Origin: Rickettsiales bacterium
GTDB taxonomy: Bacteria > Pseudomonadota > Alphaproteobacteria > Rickettsiales > SXRF01
Assembly (NCBI GenBank): GCA_025464625.1
Contig: JAOAUZ010000001.1
Span: forward strand, 398,848-462,847
DNA length: 64,000 bases
Direction: 5' to 3'
Below the pieces are notes generated by a model. That model ran no database searches. It saw nothing but the letters and a program-made list of their open reading frames with translations, and was not told where the DNA came from. The translations under genes and the position numbers were made by a program. Positions within the stretch are counted from its first letter, which is position 1. Each line of letters opens with the position of its first letter. Of the stretch, positions 36,363-47,734 are shown in pieces.

Positions 36363-37937
36363 ATGCCAAAAGTTCTGATTGCCGATAAATTATCTCCACA
36401 AGCTATTGATGTATTCAAGCAGCGCGGTGTGGAGGCTGATGTTAAGACTGGGCTTACACCTGAAGAAATCATCAAGATAATTGGTGATTATGATGGTCTG
36501 GCGGTGCGTTCAGCAACTAAGGCTACTGCGGAGCTTATCAAAGCTAGCAAAAAATTAAAAGTTATTGGTCGCGCTGGCATTGGCGTGGATAATGTTGATA
36601 TTCCAGCGGCAACTGCAAGCGGTGTGGTGGTGATGAATACGCCGTTTGGTAATTCGGTAACGACTGCTGAACACACAATTTCGCTGATGATGTCGCTAGC
36701 TCGGCAAATTCCACAAGCGAATACCTCAACCCATGCTGGTAAATGGGAGAAGAACGGTTTTATGGGGGTTGAATTAGCGGGTAAAACTCTGGGGTTGATT
36801 GGTGCGGGAAATATTGGTTCAATCGTTGCTGACCGTGCGCAGGGGCTTAAAATGCGTGTGGTGGCGTATGATCCATTTCTTTCGGGGGAACGTGCAGAAG
36901 CACTAAACATTGAAAAAGTAGAGCTTGATGAATTGTTCAAACGTGCAGATTTCATCACTCTACACACGCCACTTACTGAAGGCACAAAAAATATTCTGAA
37001 TAAAGATTCTCTCGCTAAATGCAAAAAAGGCGTGCGTATTATAAATTGTGCGCGCGGCGGATTGGTAAATGAGGCGGATATTAAAGCTGCGATTGAAAGC
37101 GGGCAGGTGGCTGGTGCTGCCTTTGACGTGTTTGAAGTTGAGCCAGCCAAAGAAAATATTTTATTTGGAATGCCACAGGTTATATGCACACCGCATCTTG
37201 GCGCATCAACCACTGAAGCGCAGGAAAATGTTGCAGTTCAGGTTGCTGAACAGATGGCTGATTATCTCACAACTGGTGCGGTTACCAACGCTCTGAACAT
37301 TCCTTCAATGTCAGCGGAAGATGCTGCGAAGCTGAAGCCATATCTTCAGTTAGTTGACCAACTTGGTAGTTTTGCAGGGCAGCTTACGGAAACTGGCTTA
37401 AAGCAGGTGAAGATTGATTATGAAGGCAAGGCTGGAAAGCTGAACACTAAACCACTCACCGCCGTTGCTCTTAAAGGTTTGCTCTCACCACTCATTGAAG
37501 GCGTGAATATGGTAAACGCGCCTGTGATAGCCAAAGAGCGCGGAATTGAAGTTAGCGCCACCAGCCATGATCGTGTTGGTGACTATCAAACACTTATCCG
37601 CATAACTGTTGTTACTGAAAAACGCACGCGCACAGTGGCGGGAACATTGTTCGCTGACAAGCCTCGCATCGTAGAGGTAAACGGCATCAAACTGGAAGCT
37701 GGTTTGGGTGCAAAAACTCTGTATGTAAATAATGACGACAAACCAGGGTTTATTGGAAGTTTAGGTACACTTCTTGGTAAAAATGGAATCAACATTGCTT
37801 ATTTCCATTTGGGTCGTAATGAAGCTGGCAGCGAGGCAATCGCGTTGGTTGAGGTGGATCAAACGGTTTCTCCAGAAGTTCTGGCAGAAATTGCCAAACT
37901 CCCAAGTGTAAAACAGGTGAAATTGCTGGAGTTTTAG
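36363..37937 (+). CDS. serA: D-3-phosphoglycerate dehydrogenase (long form with ASB and ACT domains)
   Basis: GLIGAGNIGS NAD fold, the catalytic region with CTPHLGAST, and a C-terminal ACT-like segment. Confidence 0.92.
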   Translation: MPKVLIADKLSPQAIDVFKQRGVEADVKTGLTPEEIIKIIGDYDGLAVRSATKATAELIKASKKLKVIGRAGIGVDNVDIPAATASGVVVMNTPFGNSVTTAEHTISLMMSLARQIPQANTSTHAGKWEKNGFMGVELAGKTLGLIGAGNIGSIVADRAQGLKMRVVAYDPFLSGERAEALNIEKVELDELFKRADFITLHTPLTEGTKNILNKDSLAKCKKGVRIINCARGGLVNEADIKAAIESGQVAGAAFDVFEVEPAKENILFGMPQVICTPHLGASTTEAQENVAVQVAEQMADYLTTGAVTNALNIPSMSAEDAAKLKPYLQLVDQLGSFAGQLTETGLKQVKIDYEGKAGKLNTKPLTAVALKGLLSPLIEGVNMVNAPVIAKERGIEVSATSHDRVGDYQTLIRITVVTEKRTRTVAGTLFADKPRIVEVNGIKLEAGLGAKTLYVNNDDKPGFIGSLGTLLGKNGINIAYFHLGRNEAGSEAIALVEVDQTVSPEVLAEIAKLPSVKQVKLLEF

Positions 37938-37939
37938 CA

Positions 37940-38539
37940 ATGAAACTCTTCTTCTCACCTAACTCTCCTTATGCCCGAAAATGTCGGGTGGTTATTCTTG
38001 AAAAAGGATTGCAGGATAGGGTGGAGCTAGTTTCAGTTATGCCGTCGGATAATCCGCCAGAGTTGATTTCTGCCAATCCGCTTGGCACTGTTCCGACACT
38101 CGTTATGGATAACAGAAAATCGCTTTGCGAAAGCCCAGTGATTTGTGAATATCTGGATTCATTATCAGATAAAAACCCATTATTCCCAACTGATAAATCA
38201 GCACGTTTTGACGCACTTGCGCTTGCTGCTCTTGCTGACGGAATTATGGATGCAGCCGTTGCCTGTGTTATGGAAGGCAGACGACCAGAAGAAAAGCGTT
38301 ATCAAGAATGGGTTGAACGTAAAGAAAATGCTGTAAAACGAACTATTGCAAAAATTTCTGAACTTAATCTTGATACAAAAAACTGGAATATTGGAGCAAT
38401 AAATACAGCTATTGCATTATCTTATGTTGATTTCCGACTACCGCACCTTAACTGGCGCGATGCCAATAAAAATCTGTCTAACTGGCTTGATTTTAATAAC
38501 AAAAAACAATCTATGCTTGCCACCGCGCCTGTCGCTTAA
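37940..38539 (+). CDS. Glutathione S-transferase family protein
   Basis: Thioredoxin-like N-domain (SPYARKCRV, GTVPTL, ESPVICEYL) followed by a helical C-domain. Confidence 0.8.
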   Translation: MKLFFSPNSPYARKCRVVILEKGLQDRVELVSVMPSDNPPELISANPLGTVPTLVMDNRKSLCESPVICEYLDSLSDKNPLFPTDKSARFDALALAALADGIMDAAVACVMEGRRPEEKRYQEWVERKENAVKRTIAKISELNLDTKNWNIGAINTAIALSYVDFRLPHLNWRDANKNLSNWLDFNNKKQSMLATAPVA

Positions 38540-38675
38540 TGCTTAAAATATATTAATATATGGATTAATATATAGATTTTGAGGGATTTTTTTTACAAAA
38601 ATTATCCAAATTAGGGGTTTGTTAAGTCTTTAGATGTAAAAATCATCTATTGGGCTCATTCCACTAATATGCGAT

Positions 38676-39056
38676 ATGAAAAAAAGAATATTAATTGTCG
38701 AAGATAACGACCTGAATCTTAAGTTGTTTCGTGACTTACTCATGGCTCATGGTTATGAGACTATGGAAACGAAGGATGGTCTTGAAGCGATTACTATTAC
38801 TCGCAATGAGCATCCAGATTTAATTTTGATGGATATTCAATTACCAGAAATTTCTGGGTTGGATGTTACGCGTCGCCTTAAGGCTGATGGTGCTATAAGC
38901 AATATTCCGATTATCGCTGTAACGGCATTTGCGATGAAAGATGATGAAGAAAAAATTTTGGCAGCTGGTTGCGAGGCTTATATTTCCAAACCAATCTCAA
39001 TTTTGCCTTTTCTTAACACGGTACGGAGATTCCTTGGAGAAGAGGAAGTGTTGTAA
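38676..39056 (+). CDS. divK: Single-domain response regulator, DivK-like
   Basis: Receiver domain (VEDN, MDIQLP phospho-Asp, KP) with nothing else, immediately upstream of pleD as in Caulobacter. Confidence 0.8.
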   Translation: MKKRILIVEDNDLNLKLFRDLLMAHGYETMETKDGLEAITITRNEHPDLILMDIQLPEISGLDVTRRLKADGAISNIPIIAVTAFAMKDDEEKILAAGCEAYISKPISILPFLNTVRRFLGEEEVL

Positions 39057-39062
39057 TTTTTT

Positions 39063-40454
39063 ATGACAGCGCAAATTCTAGTAGTCGATGATGTTCCAGC
39101 CAATATTAAGTTATTGGAAGCGAAGCTTGTAAGTGATTATTACGATGTAATAACCGCTGTTGATGGTTTTGATGCGATTGAAAAAGCCATAAAATACAAG
39201 CCAGATTTAATATTACTTGATGTGATGATGCCGGGTATGGACGGGTTTGAAACCTGTCACAAATTAAAACTGGATCCAGAACTTGCACATATTCCAGTCG
39301 TGATGGTTACGGCGCTTTCCGAGAAAGCTGATCGCCTTAAAGGATTGGAGGCAGGGGCAGATGATTTTATTACCAAGCCAATCAATGACATGTCGTTGAT
39401 TGCGCGTGTAAAATCCCTGATACGCATAAAGACACTGCTTGATGAACTGCGGCTGCGTGATAAAACTGGGATACAGATGGGTGTTAATACTGATGAATCT
39501 AATAGTTTCGTTGCCGATGTAGCTGGTGCCAAAATCCTTTTGGTGGATGATGATTCTGTACAGGCAAAACAGGTTATCTCTAAGTTAGGCGAAACTTACA
39601 ATACCCATCTGATTGAAGATCCCGAATTAGCCGTGGCAGCAGCAAAAGAGGGAAACTTTGATATAATTATTATCAGCACGCTACTTACTGATATGGATGG
39701 TTTGCGTCTAGCATCGCATATGAAAAGCCAAGAAGAAACCCGCAATGTTCCGTTGTTAGTTTTTGTAGATGAGGATGACAAGCAGGTTATGCTCAAGGCA
39801 CTTGAGATGGGCATCAATGATTATGTGACAGTACCAGTTGATAAGAATGAAATGGCGGTGCGGGTTCGTACCCAGCTTCGCCGTAAACGCTATCAGGATG
39901 CACTTAAATCGCAATATCAAAAAAGTGTGTCAATGGCTCTCACTGATGGTCTTACTGGTTTATATAACCGCCATTATCTTAATACCCATTTGGGAAATAT
40001 GGTCAAAATATCAACCAAAAACGGAAAGAAACTTGCTCTCATGATTATGGATATGGATCATTTCAAAAAAGTGAATGACACTTATGGTCATGATGTTGGT
40101 GATATGGTGTTGAAACAACTATCTTCAATAATAACTCGTACCGCCCGCTCTACTGATTTGGCAGCTCGTTTTGGTGGTGAAGAATTCGTTGTTCTTATGC
40201 CAGAGACAGACCCTAATTCTGCTCTTGGTGCAGCAAATCGCATGCGTGAACTTGTTGAATCCACCCCATTCATTATAGGTGAAGATGGCAAGTCTATTAA
40301 TCTTACAGTCAGTATTGGAATTGCCAATTTATTTGAAGAAGGTGATAGCCCAGAAGGCTTGCTAAAACGTGCTGACGAAGCCCTGTATATTGCTAAAAAT
40401 AGCGGTCGTAATAACGTAAAAGTTTCTGTTAAAAAAGTGCAGAATGGTTGGTAG
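39063..40454 (+). CDS. pleD: Response regulator diguanylate cyclase PleD (REC-REC-GGDEF)
   Basis: Two receiver domains, the active site RFGGEEF, and an RSTD I-site five residues upstream. Confidence 0.88.
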   Translation: MTAQILVVDDVPANIKLLEAKLVSDYYDVITAVDGFDAIEKAIKYKPDLILLDVMMPGMDGFETCHKLKLDPELAHIPVVMVTALSEKADRLKGLEAGADDFITKPINDMSLIARVKSLIRIKTLLDELRLRDKTGIQMGVNTDESNSFVADVAGAKILLVDDDSVQAKQVISKLGETYNTHLIEDPELAVAAAKEGNFDIIIISTLLTDMDGLRLASHMKSQEETRNVPLLVFVDEDDKQVMLKALEMGINDYVTVPVDKNEMAVRVRTQLRRKRYQDALKSQYQKSVSMALTDGLTGLYNRHYLNTHLGNMVKISTKNGKKLALMIMDMDHFKKVNDTYGHDVGDMVLKQLSSIITRTARSTDLAARFGGEEFVVLMPETDPNSALGAANRMRELVESTPFIIGEDGKSINLTVSIGIANLFEEGDSPEGLLKRADEALYIAKNSGRNNVKVSVKKVQNGW

Positions 40455-40456
40455 GT

Positions 40457-41245
40457 TTATTTAAAACCAATCACCACTGGGGCGTGGTCAGAAGCTTTTT
40501 CTAATTCTCTCAATTCTTTTTTGACATTATATTCGGTGAGTCTATCTGCTGCTTGTGGTGAAAGAAGAAGATGGTCAATCCTAAGACCATTATCTGAGGC
40601 GAGAGCATTTCCACGATAATCCCACCAGCTATATTCAGTATTACCTTCTGGTTGTAACACTCGACAGGCATCATATATTCCAAGATTTATTATTTTACGG
40701 AAGCGGTAGCGCACCTCATCATGAGTAAGGACACTGCCCGCCCATAATTTTGGATCATGCACATCACTATCATCTGGCGCGATATTATAATCACCGCCGA
40801 TAACCAAAATTTCCTCATAAGTAAGCAGATTTTTTATGTGTTCGTATAGCCTATCTAAAAATCGTAATTTATAGGAAAATTTATCCGATGGAACTTCCTG
40901 ACCGTTAGGTACGTAAACAGAAACAACCCTTATCGCTGTTTTTGGTAGATTTACGACGGCTTCAATATATCTGGCGTGTTTATCTTCATCATCACCAGAC
41001 AGACCGCGCGTGATATCATTAAGCGGAAATTTTGAGAGAATAGCAACACCGTTATAAGTTTTTTCGCCATAAATAGCGATATTGTATCCCAGTTCTTCAA
41101 TTTCCATGGCAGGAAAAACATCATCAGTACATTTTAGCTCTTGAAGCAATACTATGTCTGGTTTGTCAGTGCGCAGCCAATCAAGCAAATGTGGTAGGCG
41201 CGAACGTATGGAGTTCACATTCCATGTGGCGATTGAAATGCCCAT
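40457..41245 (-). CDS. xthA: Exodeoxyribonuclease III
   Basis: WNVNSIR, LQELK, GDYNIAP and IDHLLLS motifs. Confidence 0.9.
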   Translation of the reverse strand: MGISIATWNVNSIRSRLPHLLDWLRTDKPDIVLLQELKCTDDVFPAMEIEELGYNIAIYGEKTYNGVAILSKFPLNDITRGLSGDDEDKHARYIEAVVNLPKTAIRVVSVYVPNGQEVPSDKFSYKLRFLDRLYEHIKNLLTYEEILVIGGDYNIAPDDSDVHDPKLWAGSVLTHDEVRYRFRKIINLGIYDACRVLQPEGNTEYSWWDYRGNALASDNGLRIDHLLLSPQAADRLTEYNVKKELRELEKASDHAPVVIGFK

Positions 41246-41253
41246 AAATCAGC

Positions 41254-41613
41254 TCATAAATTGACTGAAAAACTGTTACCACACCCGCATTTAGCGGTAG
41301 CATTTGGATTTTTTATTTCAAATCCTGCATGTGCCAAATCCTCTGTATAATCCAGAACTGAGCCAGAAACCATGCCGAGTGACACCTCATCAATCACAGC
41401 TTCTGCACCTGAGTTAGCGATTATAGTATCGGATATGTCGGGCTGTTTTTCATCAAGCGTAAATTCATATTGGAAACCAGAGCAGCCACCACCCTTTACA
41501 GTTATACGAAAACGTAAGTGAGGTTTTTTTTCCTTAGATTTAAGCAGGTTTATACGTTCTGCGGCACTCGGTGTCAGAGAAAAGGCATGGTAATTTTGTG
41601 AAGTGTTTTCCAT
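41254..41613 (-). CDS. erpA: Iron-sulfur cluster insertion protein (ErpA/IscA, HesB family)
   Basis: GGGCSGFQY and the C-terminal CGCGNSF. Confidence 0.85.
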   Translation of the reverse strand: MENTSQNYHAFSLTPSAAERINLLKSKEKKPHLRFRITVKGGGCSGFQYEFTLDEKQPDISDTIIANSGAEAVIDEVSLGMVSGSVLDYTEDLAHAGFEIKNPNATAKCGCGNSFSVNL

Positions 41614-41716
41614 AGAGATAATATGGGATAAAAACTAGCTAATTACAAGGATATTGCTAAAAACGGCTACTTTCTATCTTGCTATATATCGTGAAATTCT
41701 TTAGTTTCAAGAGCCT

Positions 41717-42892
41717 ATGACAAATCATGTGATTAATTTAGCAACTTATGCCTGTAATCCTGATGCCAGCCGTGGACGGCTGTATAAGGAGGATGAGAGC
41801 AATTCGCGTTCACCTTTTCAGCGCGATAGGGATCGCATCATTCATTCTACAGCATTTCGTAGATTGGAGTATAAAACTCAGGTTTTTGTCAATCACGAGG
41901 GAGATCACTACCGCACGCGACTGACTCATAGCCTTGAAGTTTCGCAATTGGCGCGTTCCATGAGTCGTTCACTGGGGCTTAATGAAGACTTGGCAGAGGC
42001 ACTTGCACTTGCCCATGATTTGGGACATACGCCATTCGGACATGCTGGTGAAGATGCTCTTGGTGAGGTGATGAAGCCTTATGGCGGGTTTGACCATAAT
42101 GCTCATACCATCAAGATTTTAACTAGCCTTGAACATCGCTATGCCGAGTTTGATGGTTTAAACCTAACGTGGGAAACTCTGGAGGGAATTGCTAAACACA
42201 ATGGTCCAGTTGCGAAGCCACCGCGTGAACTTGCGGAATATAACAAAAAGCACGATTTGGAATTGGGAAGTTATGCCAGCGGTGAAGCACAGGTTGCCTC
42301 TTTGGCTGATGATATTGCTTATAATAACCATGATATTGATGATGGATTGCGTGCAGGGCTTCTATCCATCAAACAGTTAGAGGAAGTAGAGGAGGTAGCT
42401 AAAATTTTTCATGAAGTGCAGAAAAAACATCCTAATATTGATGAGCCACGACTCACGCATGAAGCCATCCGCCGTCTGATTAACCGTATGGTGACAGATC
42501 TGATTACCCAAACAAGAAAAAACATAGCAGAATATAATATCAAAAATGTTGAGGATATTCGTAAACTTGGCAAACCGCTGGTATTTTTTTCGCCAAAGAT
42601 GCAGGAAATCAACCGTGCGTTACAGGCGTTTTTGATGAAAAACATGTATCGTCATTACAAGGTAAACCGTATGGCGAGCAAGGCGGGTAGGGTGGTAAAA
42701 GAGTTATTTGAATTTTTCTTGAATGAACCAGAATGTCTGCCAGATGCTTGGCGTAATATAACTGATGGCAAGGGGACAAGTAAAACCGCAACGGTGGTTG
42801 CTGATTTTATTGCGGGAATGACAGATCGTTTTGCTCTCGATGAATATCGGCGGGTGTTTGATGTGCAGGCGCGAAGCTGGCTTGGTCGGTGA
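41717..42892 (+). CDS. dgt: dGTP triphosphohydrolase-like HD-domain protein
   Basis: FQRDRDRIIHSxAFRRL, RLTHSLEV and HDLGHTPFGH. Confidence 0.88.
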   Translation: MTNHVINLATYACNPDASRGRLYKEDESNSRSPFQRDRDRIIHSTAFRRLEYKTQVFVNHEGDHYRTRLTHSLEVSQLARSMSRSLGLNEDLAEALALAHDLGHTPFGHAGEDALGEVMKPYGGFDHNAHTIKILTSLEHRYAEFDGLNLTWETLEGIAKHNGPVAKPPRELAEYNKKHDLELGSYASGEAQVASLADDIAYNNHDIDDGLRAGLLSIKQLEEVEEVAKIFHEVQKKHPNIDEPRLTHEAIRRLINRMVTDLITQTRKNIAEYNIKNVEDIRKLGKPLVFFSPKMQEINRALQAFLMKNMYRHYKVNRMASKAGRVVKELFEFFLNEPECLPDAWRNITDGKGTSKTATVVADFIAGMTDRFALDEYRRVFDVQARSWLGR

Positions 42893-42904
42893 TTGTGTGA
42901 GCCT

Positions 42905-43381
42905 ATGAAATATAACGAAAAAACCAATTATAAAGATAAAAAGAAGATGAAACTAAGCCTACGTCAATATTATATTTTGGCGTTATTCTTACCGATTATT
43001 TTGTCACCGTTTTTGTTTGTTTATCCATTGCATGATTCTGGCGCAACAAAATTTTCTATTGGTTTTTATTCTGTGATATTTGGCATGGCTCAATATGTGG
43101 TTTTTGCATTGTGGTCTATTTTTAAATATCGTAGGGCGACCGCTAAGGAACTAAAGGAGTTTAGCCTTAAAGCTCCAATTTCTTTTATACCGTTTTATGC
43201 CTCTGGTTTTATTGTTGGTAATATGCTTTCAACCATTAGTTTGCCTAGCTTTGATTCTATTCTTATCCTCTTGGTTTTAAGCCTTCTTTGTGTTCCGATT
43301 GGTTATTTTTATGTAGCATTAGCCCACCTCATTGGAAGAATTTTAAAAAAAATTGGTTTTATTGAAGAAGAATATCTATAA
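42905..43381 (+). CDS. Hypothetical membrane protein (about 4 TM)
   Basis: Hydrophobic ORF filling the dgt-argS gap. The start is uncertain (ATG at 42905 or 42947). Confidence 0.45.
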   Translation: MKYNEKTNYKDKKKMKLSLRQYYILALFLPIILSPFLFVYPLHDSGATKFSIGFYSVIFGMAQYVVFALWSIFKYRRATAKELKEFSLKAPISFIPFYASGFIVGNMLSTISLPSFDSILILLVLSLLCVPIGYFYVALAHLIGRILKKIGFIEEEYL

Positions 43382-43418
43382 ACTTCCCTTCAATTCACAA
43401 ATAAATATCGGAACAAGA

Positions 43419-45173
43419 ATGAATATATTTAAGAAAATAGAAAATGATGTAAAGAGTATAGCTTTTAAGCTACAGGGCGAGGGCGTTCTTCCTGAATCAT
43501 TGAATGTTGATAAGGTTGAAGCCACCCCAACTCGTGATGCATCGCATGGTGATGTTGCCACTAATGTTGCCATGGTTCTTGCGGCACAGATTGGCAAAAA
43601 CCCAAAGGAAATAGCCTCATTATTCGCTGATAAATTGCAGGAATTAGCTGGGATTGATAAGGTAGAAATAGCAGGTGCTGGATTTATAAATATGACACTT
43701 TCGCCGAGTGTGTGGCAGGAGGCTGTACTGGATATAATTTCCGAAGGGCGAGGATACGGAAATTCTGATATTGGAACTGGTAAGCGCGTTAATATAGAAT
43801 ATGTATCTGCAAATCCAACTGGTCCAATGCATGTTGGGCATGGTCGTGGTGCAGTGTTCGGCGACGCTCTGGCGAATCTTTTAATTAAAGCTGGTTATGA
43901 TGTCACTCGTGAATATTATATCAATGATGCTGGCGCGCAGGTTGATAAGCTGGCTGATTCTGTATTTCTGCGTTATCGTGAATCATGCGGAGAAAAAATT
44001 TCTGGAATACCTGAAGGGCTATATCCAGGTGAATATTTGATTCCTATTGCTGATGCCTTACACCGTATTCACGGCACATCACTACTGCAACGTGAGCGTG
44101 AAGAATGGCTGCCAATAGTTCGTGAATACACCATCGAAGCAGTTATGGTGATGGTAAAAGACGATCTTTCTATAATTGGAATTTCTCATGATGTTTTTAC
44201 TTCCGAACGCTCAATAACAGAGGCTGGAGAAGTAGAAGATGCCATGCATATTTTGGAGCATAAAGGGTTGCTTTATGAAGGTATATTAGAACCACCAAAA
44301 GGCAAAACCCCAGACGATTGGGAGCCACGTCCGCAAACATTATTTAAATCAACCGAGTTTGGAGATGATTGCGACCGTCCAGTAAAAAAATCAGACGGTA
44401 GCTGGACATATTTTGCACCAGACATTGCTTATCATTATGATAAATGCAAACGTGGATTTGACTGGATTATAAATGTATTTGGTGCGGATCATGGAGGCTA
44501 CGTCAAGCGGCTGAAAGCTGCTGTTGGCGCACTTTCTGATAATAAAGTCATGATTGATATAAAGCTCTGTCAGTTGGTAAAATTTTTACGCAATGGTGAG
44601 CCAGCAAAAATGTCGAAACGTGCGGGAACATTTGTGACAGTGCGTGAAGTTGTAGAAGAAGTTGGAAAAGATGTATTTCGTTTTATAATGCTCACTCGCA
44701 AGAATGATGCGCCATTGGATTTTGATTTTGCTAAAGTAACAGAACAATCAAAAGACAACCCAGTTTTTTATGTGCAGTATGCTCATGCTCGTGCGCGATC
44801 CATTCGCCGCAATGTTGCTGCGGAATTACCAGCAGCAATGAAGCTTGCACAAGCTCCATCGGCACAACTTCTATCACGCCTTTCACATCCACAGGAAATC
44901 GCGCTTATCCGCATGATGTGCAGTTGGCCGAGAATGGTTGAATCAGCGGCTATTTCGCTTGAGCCACACCGTATAGCTTTTTACCTGCATGATTTGGCAG
45001 CGGCTTTTCATAGTCTGTGGAATCAGGGAAATGGTGACGCTGGATTACGTTTTATTGTAAAAGACGATATTGAATTAACGGCAGCGCGTGTTGCACTTGC
45101 CCATGCGTTATCATTTGTGATAGCGTCTGGACTTATGGTGCTTGGAGTAGAACCAGTTGAGGAGATGCGGTAA
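43419..45173 (+). CDS. argS: Arginine--tRNA ligase
   Basis: [13 protein letters not shown] (HIGH) and KMSKRAG. The C-terminal anticodon-binding domain ends in EEMR. Confidence 0.92.
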   Translation: MNIFKKIENDVKSIAFKLQGEGVLPESLNVDKVEATPTRDASHGDVATNVAMVLAAQIGKNPKEIASLFADKLQELAGIDKVEIAGAGFINMTLSPSVWQEAVLDIISEGRGYGNSDIGTGKRVNIEYVSANPTGPMHVGHGRGAVFGDALANLLIKAGYDVTREYYINDAGAQVDKLADSVFLRYRESCGEKISGIPEGLYPGEYLIPIADALHRIHGTSLLQREREEWLPIVREYTIEAVMVMVKDDLSIIGISHDVFTSERSITEAGEVEDAMHILEHKGLLYEGILEPPKGKTPDDWEPRPQTLFKSTEFGDDCDRPVKKSDGSWTYFAPDIAYHYDKCKRGFDWIINVFGADHGGYVKRLKAAVGALSDNKVMIDIKLCQLVKFLRNGEPAKMSKRAGTFVTVREVVEEVGKDVFRFIMLTRKNDAPLDFDFAKVTEQSKDNPVFYVQYAHARARSIRRNVAAELPAAMKLAQAPSAQLLSRLSHPQEIALIRMMCSWPRMVESAAISLEPHRIAFYLHDLAAAFHSLWNQGNGDAGLRFIVKDDIELTAARVALAHALSFVIASGLMVLGVEPVEEMR

Positions 45174-45976
45174 TGAGTAATGATGATAACGTGGTGAACG
45201 ATAGTAGAATGATGAAATGGATGCCTACCATTGTTTTACTCAGTGTTGTGACTGGCTTTGTGATGCTTTCATGGTATGCATATAATGTTGGCAAACAATC
45301 GGTAAAAGAGGATGACTTATTGGTTATTGAAGCAGAAAAAACACCAATGAAAGAAAAGCCTTTAGATCCGGGTGGAATGAAGTTCCCTAATCAGGACAAA
45401 ACAATTTTTGAAACGTTTTCTAGCAGCCAGCAGCCAGCAAAAGTCGAGCGTGTATTGCCTGCTTCTGAAGAACCAGTAACTAAACATGATGCTTTGGAGG
45501 CTATCGCTGAAAAGAAATCTGGAAAACAAATTATTAGCTTTAACGATGAAAATGGGGTCAATACAGAATCGCCACCTACTGAAGTACAAAAAATAGAAGC
45601 AGTTGGTATTAATGATAAAAAGGCAGAGGCGGTAAAAGTTATTGATTCAAAAATTAGTGGAACAAAAATTATTGAGGCGAAGCCACTTGAAAAAGCGATT
45701 GAGAAGCCTATTGAGAAGCCTGTTGTAAAATCTGGTGGCTCAAAGATTCAGTTAGGAGCGTTTGGTTCTGAAAAAGAGGCTAATGAAAACTGGCATAAAT
45801 TCCAGAATAAACATCCCATTCTTGCTGATAAATCTCCTATTATCGTTCGAGCTGAGGTAAAAGGAAAAATATTTTACCGCCTGCGTGTAGTTGGTTTTAA
45901 TGATATTAGTGATGCCAAATCAACCTGCAAAACACTGTCTGCTAAAGGTCAGGCATGTATTTTAGCTGCTGAATAA
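45173..45976 (+). CDS. SPOR-domain protein (septal peptidoglycan binding)
   Basis: N-terminal TM, a low-complexity linker, and a C-terminal SPOR domain (KIQLGAFGSEKEANENW...FYRLRVVGF). Confidence 0.75.
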   Translation: MSNDDNVVNDSRMMKWMPTIVLLSVVTGFVMLSWYAYNVGKQSVKEDDLLVIEAEKTPMKEKPLDPGGMKFPNQDKTIFETFSSSQQPAKVERVLPASEEPVTKHDALEAIAEKKSGKQIISFNDENGVNTESPPTEVQKIEAVGINDKKAEAVKVIDSKISGTKIIEAKPLEKAIEKPIEKPVVKSGGSKIQLGAFGSEKEANENWHKFQNKHPILADKSPIIVRAEVKGKIFYRLRVVGFNDISDAKSTCKTLSAKGQACILAAE

Positions 45977-45981
45977 AAACG

Positions 45982-46989
45982 ATGGATTTATCACCAGTAA
46001 TTTTTGGTATGGATGGAACAAGCCTAACAGCTGAAGAAATAAGTTTTTTTTCAGGTGTTAAGCCGTTTGGTTTTATTTTATTTGCCCGCAATTGTGAGTC
46101 ACCAGAGCAGATAAAATCTCTGGTTGGACAATTAAAAGAGGTCTCTGGGCGTAATAAATTACCTATTTTGATAGATCAGGAAGGTGGGCGAGTGGCGCGG
46201 TTGAAACCACCACATTTTCCAGTCTTTCCACCAGCAGGAGCGTTTGCAGAGTTAGCAATTAATGATTTGGAAGCTGCAAAACAAGCTACTTATCTTAATG
46301 CACGGTTGATTGCCCATGAACTACATAATTTAGGGATAACAGTAAACTGTGCGCCACTTGCTGATGTTCCTATTGAGGGCGCGCATGATATTATTGGCGA
46401 TCGTGCCTTTGGCAAATCAATAAAACAGGTTAGTGAGTTAGCTAACTCATTCGCGCAAGGCCTTGCTGACGGTGGTATTGTTTCAGTTCTGAAGCATATA
46501 CCAGGGCATGGCCGTGCCTTTGCCGATAGTCACCTTGAACTGCCTGTGGTGGATACTCCTCTGGAAATACTGCGTCATACTGATTTCGTTCCTTTTAAGG
46601 AACTATCTCATCTCCCTATGGCGATGACAGCACATGTTTTATACACTGCAATTGATGCTGAAAGAATGGCAACTGTTTCACCAACTGCCATCTCGCTAAT
46701 TCGCAATGAATTGGGTTTTGACGGTTTGCTGATGTCTGATGATTTATCAATGAAGGCGATGCAGGGGGATTTTACCCAGCGTACACGCGATGTTCTGGCT
46801 GCTGGGTGTGATATAGTTCTGCATTGCAATGGGGATATGGCAGAAATGCAGGCAATTGAGCGTGGATTAACTGGCCTTTCTGGTAAATCATTGGAACGGG
46901 CGGAGAAATCCATGCTCGGCGCAGGAAAAGCAAAAGGGTTTGATGTTGCTGATGCTAGAATAAGTGTAAATAATCTACTAAATACATAA
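45982..46989 (+). CDS. nagZ: Beta-N-acetylhexosaminidase (GH3)
   Basis: IDQEGGRVARL, KHIPGHG and LMSDDLSM motifs. Confidence 0.85.
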   Translation: MDLSPVIFGMDGTSLTAEEISFFSGVKPFGFILFARNCESPEQIKSLVGQLKEVSGRNKLPILIDQEGGRVARLKPPHFPVFPPAGAFAELAINDLEAAKQATYLNARLIAHELHNLGITVNCAPLADVPIEGAHDIIGDRAFGKSIKQVSELANSFAQGLADGGIVSVLKHIPGHGRAFADSHLELPVVDTPLEILRHTDFVPFKELSHLPMAMTAHVLYTAIDAERMATVSPTAISLIRNELGFDGLLMSDDLSMKAMQGDFTQRTRDVLAAGCDIVLHCNGDMAEMQAIERGLTGLSGKSLERAEKSMLGAGKAKGFDVADARISVNNLLNT

Positions 46990-47013
46990 TATCTAATTGA
47001 TTGCGGAAGTTAT

Positions 47014-47673
47014 ATGCAATGGCTAGTTGATGCTTCAGTATGGATTTTTCCTGTAATGTCGGCAATAATTTTGCACGAAATAGCTCATGGCTGGGCAGCA
47101 CTTTATTTTGGTGATGATACGGCAAAACGCGCAGGAAGGTTGACGCTCAATCCGTTATCTCACATTGATAGAACTGGCACAATTTTGCTACCAGCAATGT
47201 TAGTTTTTATTAAATCACCAGTAGTGTTTGGTTATGCAAAGCCAGTGCCAGTAGATTTTTCTCGTCTTTCTCCACTGCGTTTAGGGACAATCTGTGTGGC
47301 ACTTGCTGGACCATTTACCAATCTTCTGCTGGCAATTCTAGCTGGTTTGTTGTTGCATCTTGATTATTTTGTAACTCCAGAAGAGGCTCCATGGCTATTT
47401 AATAATCTAATCAATATGCTAGGTGTAAACGGTGTTTTGATGGTATTCAATTTAATACCAGTTATACCGCTTGATGGCGGTCGGGTTTTGGCTGCATTAC
47501 TTACAAAGAATCCACGCGCATGGTTTGACAAATTGGATAATGTAGGGATGCTTATAGTTCTTGCTGTAATATTTATTCCCAGTCTTTTTGGTTATAATAT
47601 TGTTTCGATTGTCATAGGAACACCAACTTTCTGGGTTTTGGAGAAAGTTCTGTGGATTACAGGCAATGCTTAA
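47014..47673 (+). CDS. Site-2 protease family (peptidase M50) membrane metalloprotease
   Basis: HEIAHG zinc motif in TM1 and the later NLIPVIPLDGG motif. Confidence 0.75.
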   Translation: MQWLVDASVWIFPVMSAIILHEIAHGWAALYFGDDTAKRAGRLTLNPLSHIDRTGTILLPAMLVFIKSPVVFGYAKPVPVDFSRLSPLRLGTICVALAGPFTNLLLAILAGLLLHLDYFVTPEEAPWLFNNLINMLGVNGVLMVFNLIPVIPLDGGRVLAALLTKNPRAWFDKLDNVGMLIVLAVIFIPSLFGYNIVSIVIGTPTFWVLEKVLWITGNA

Positions 47674-47734
47674 GTGACAAAGGCGAAAATTCAGCTATTA
47701 TAGGCACGTTTTTAATATTAAAGAGGTATGGAAT

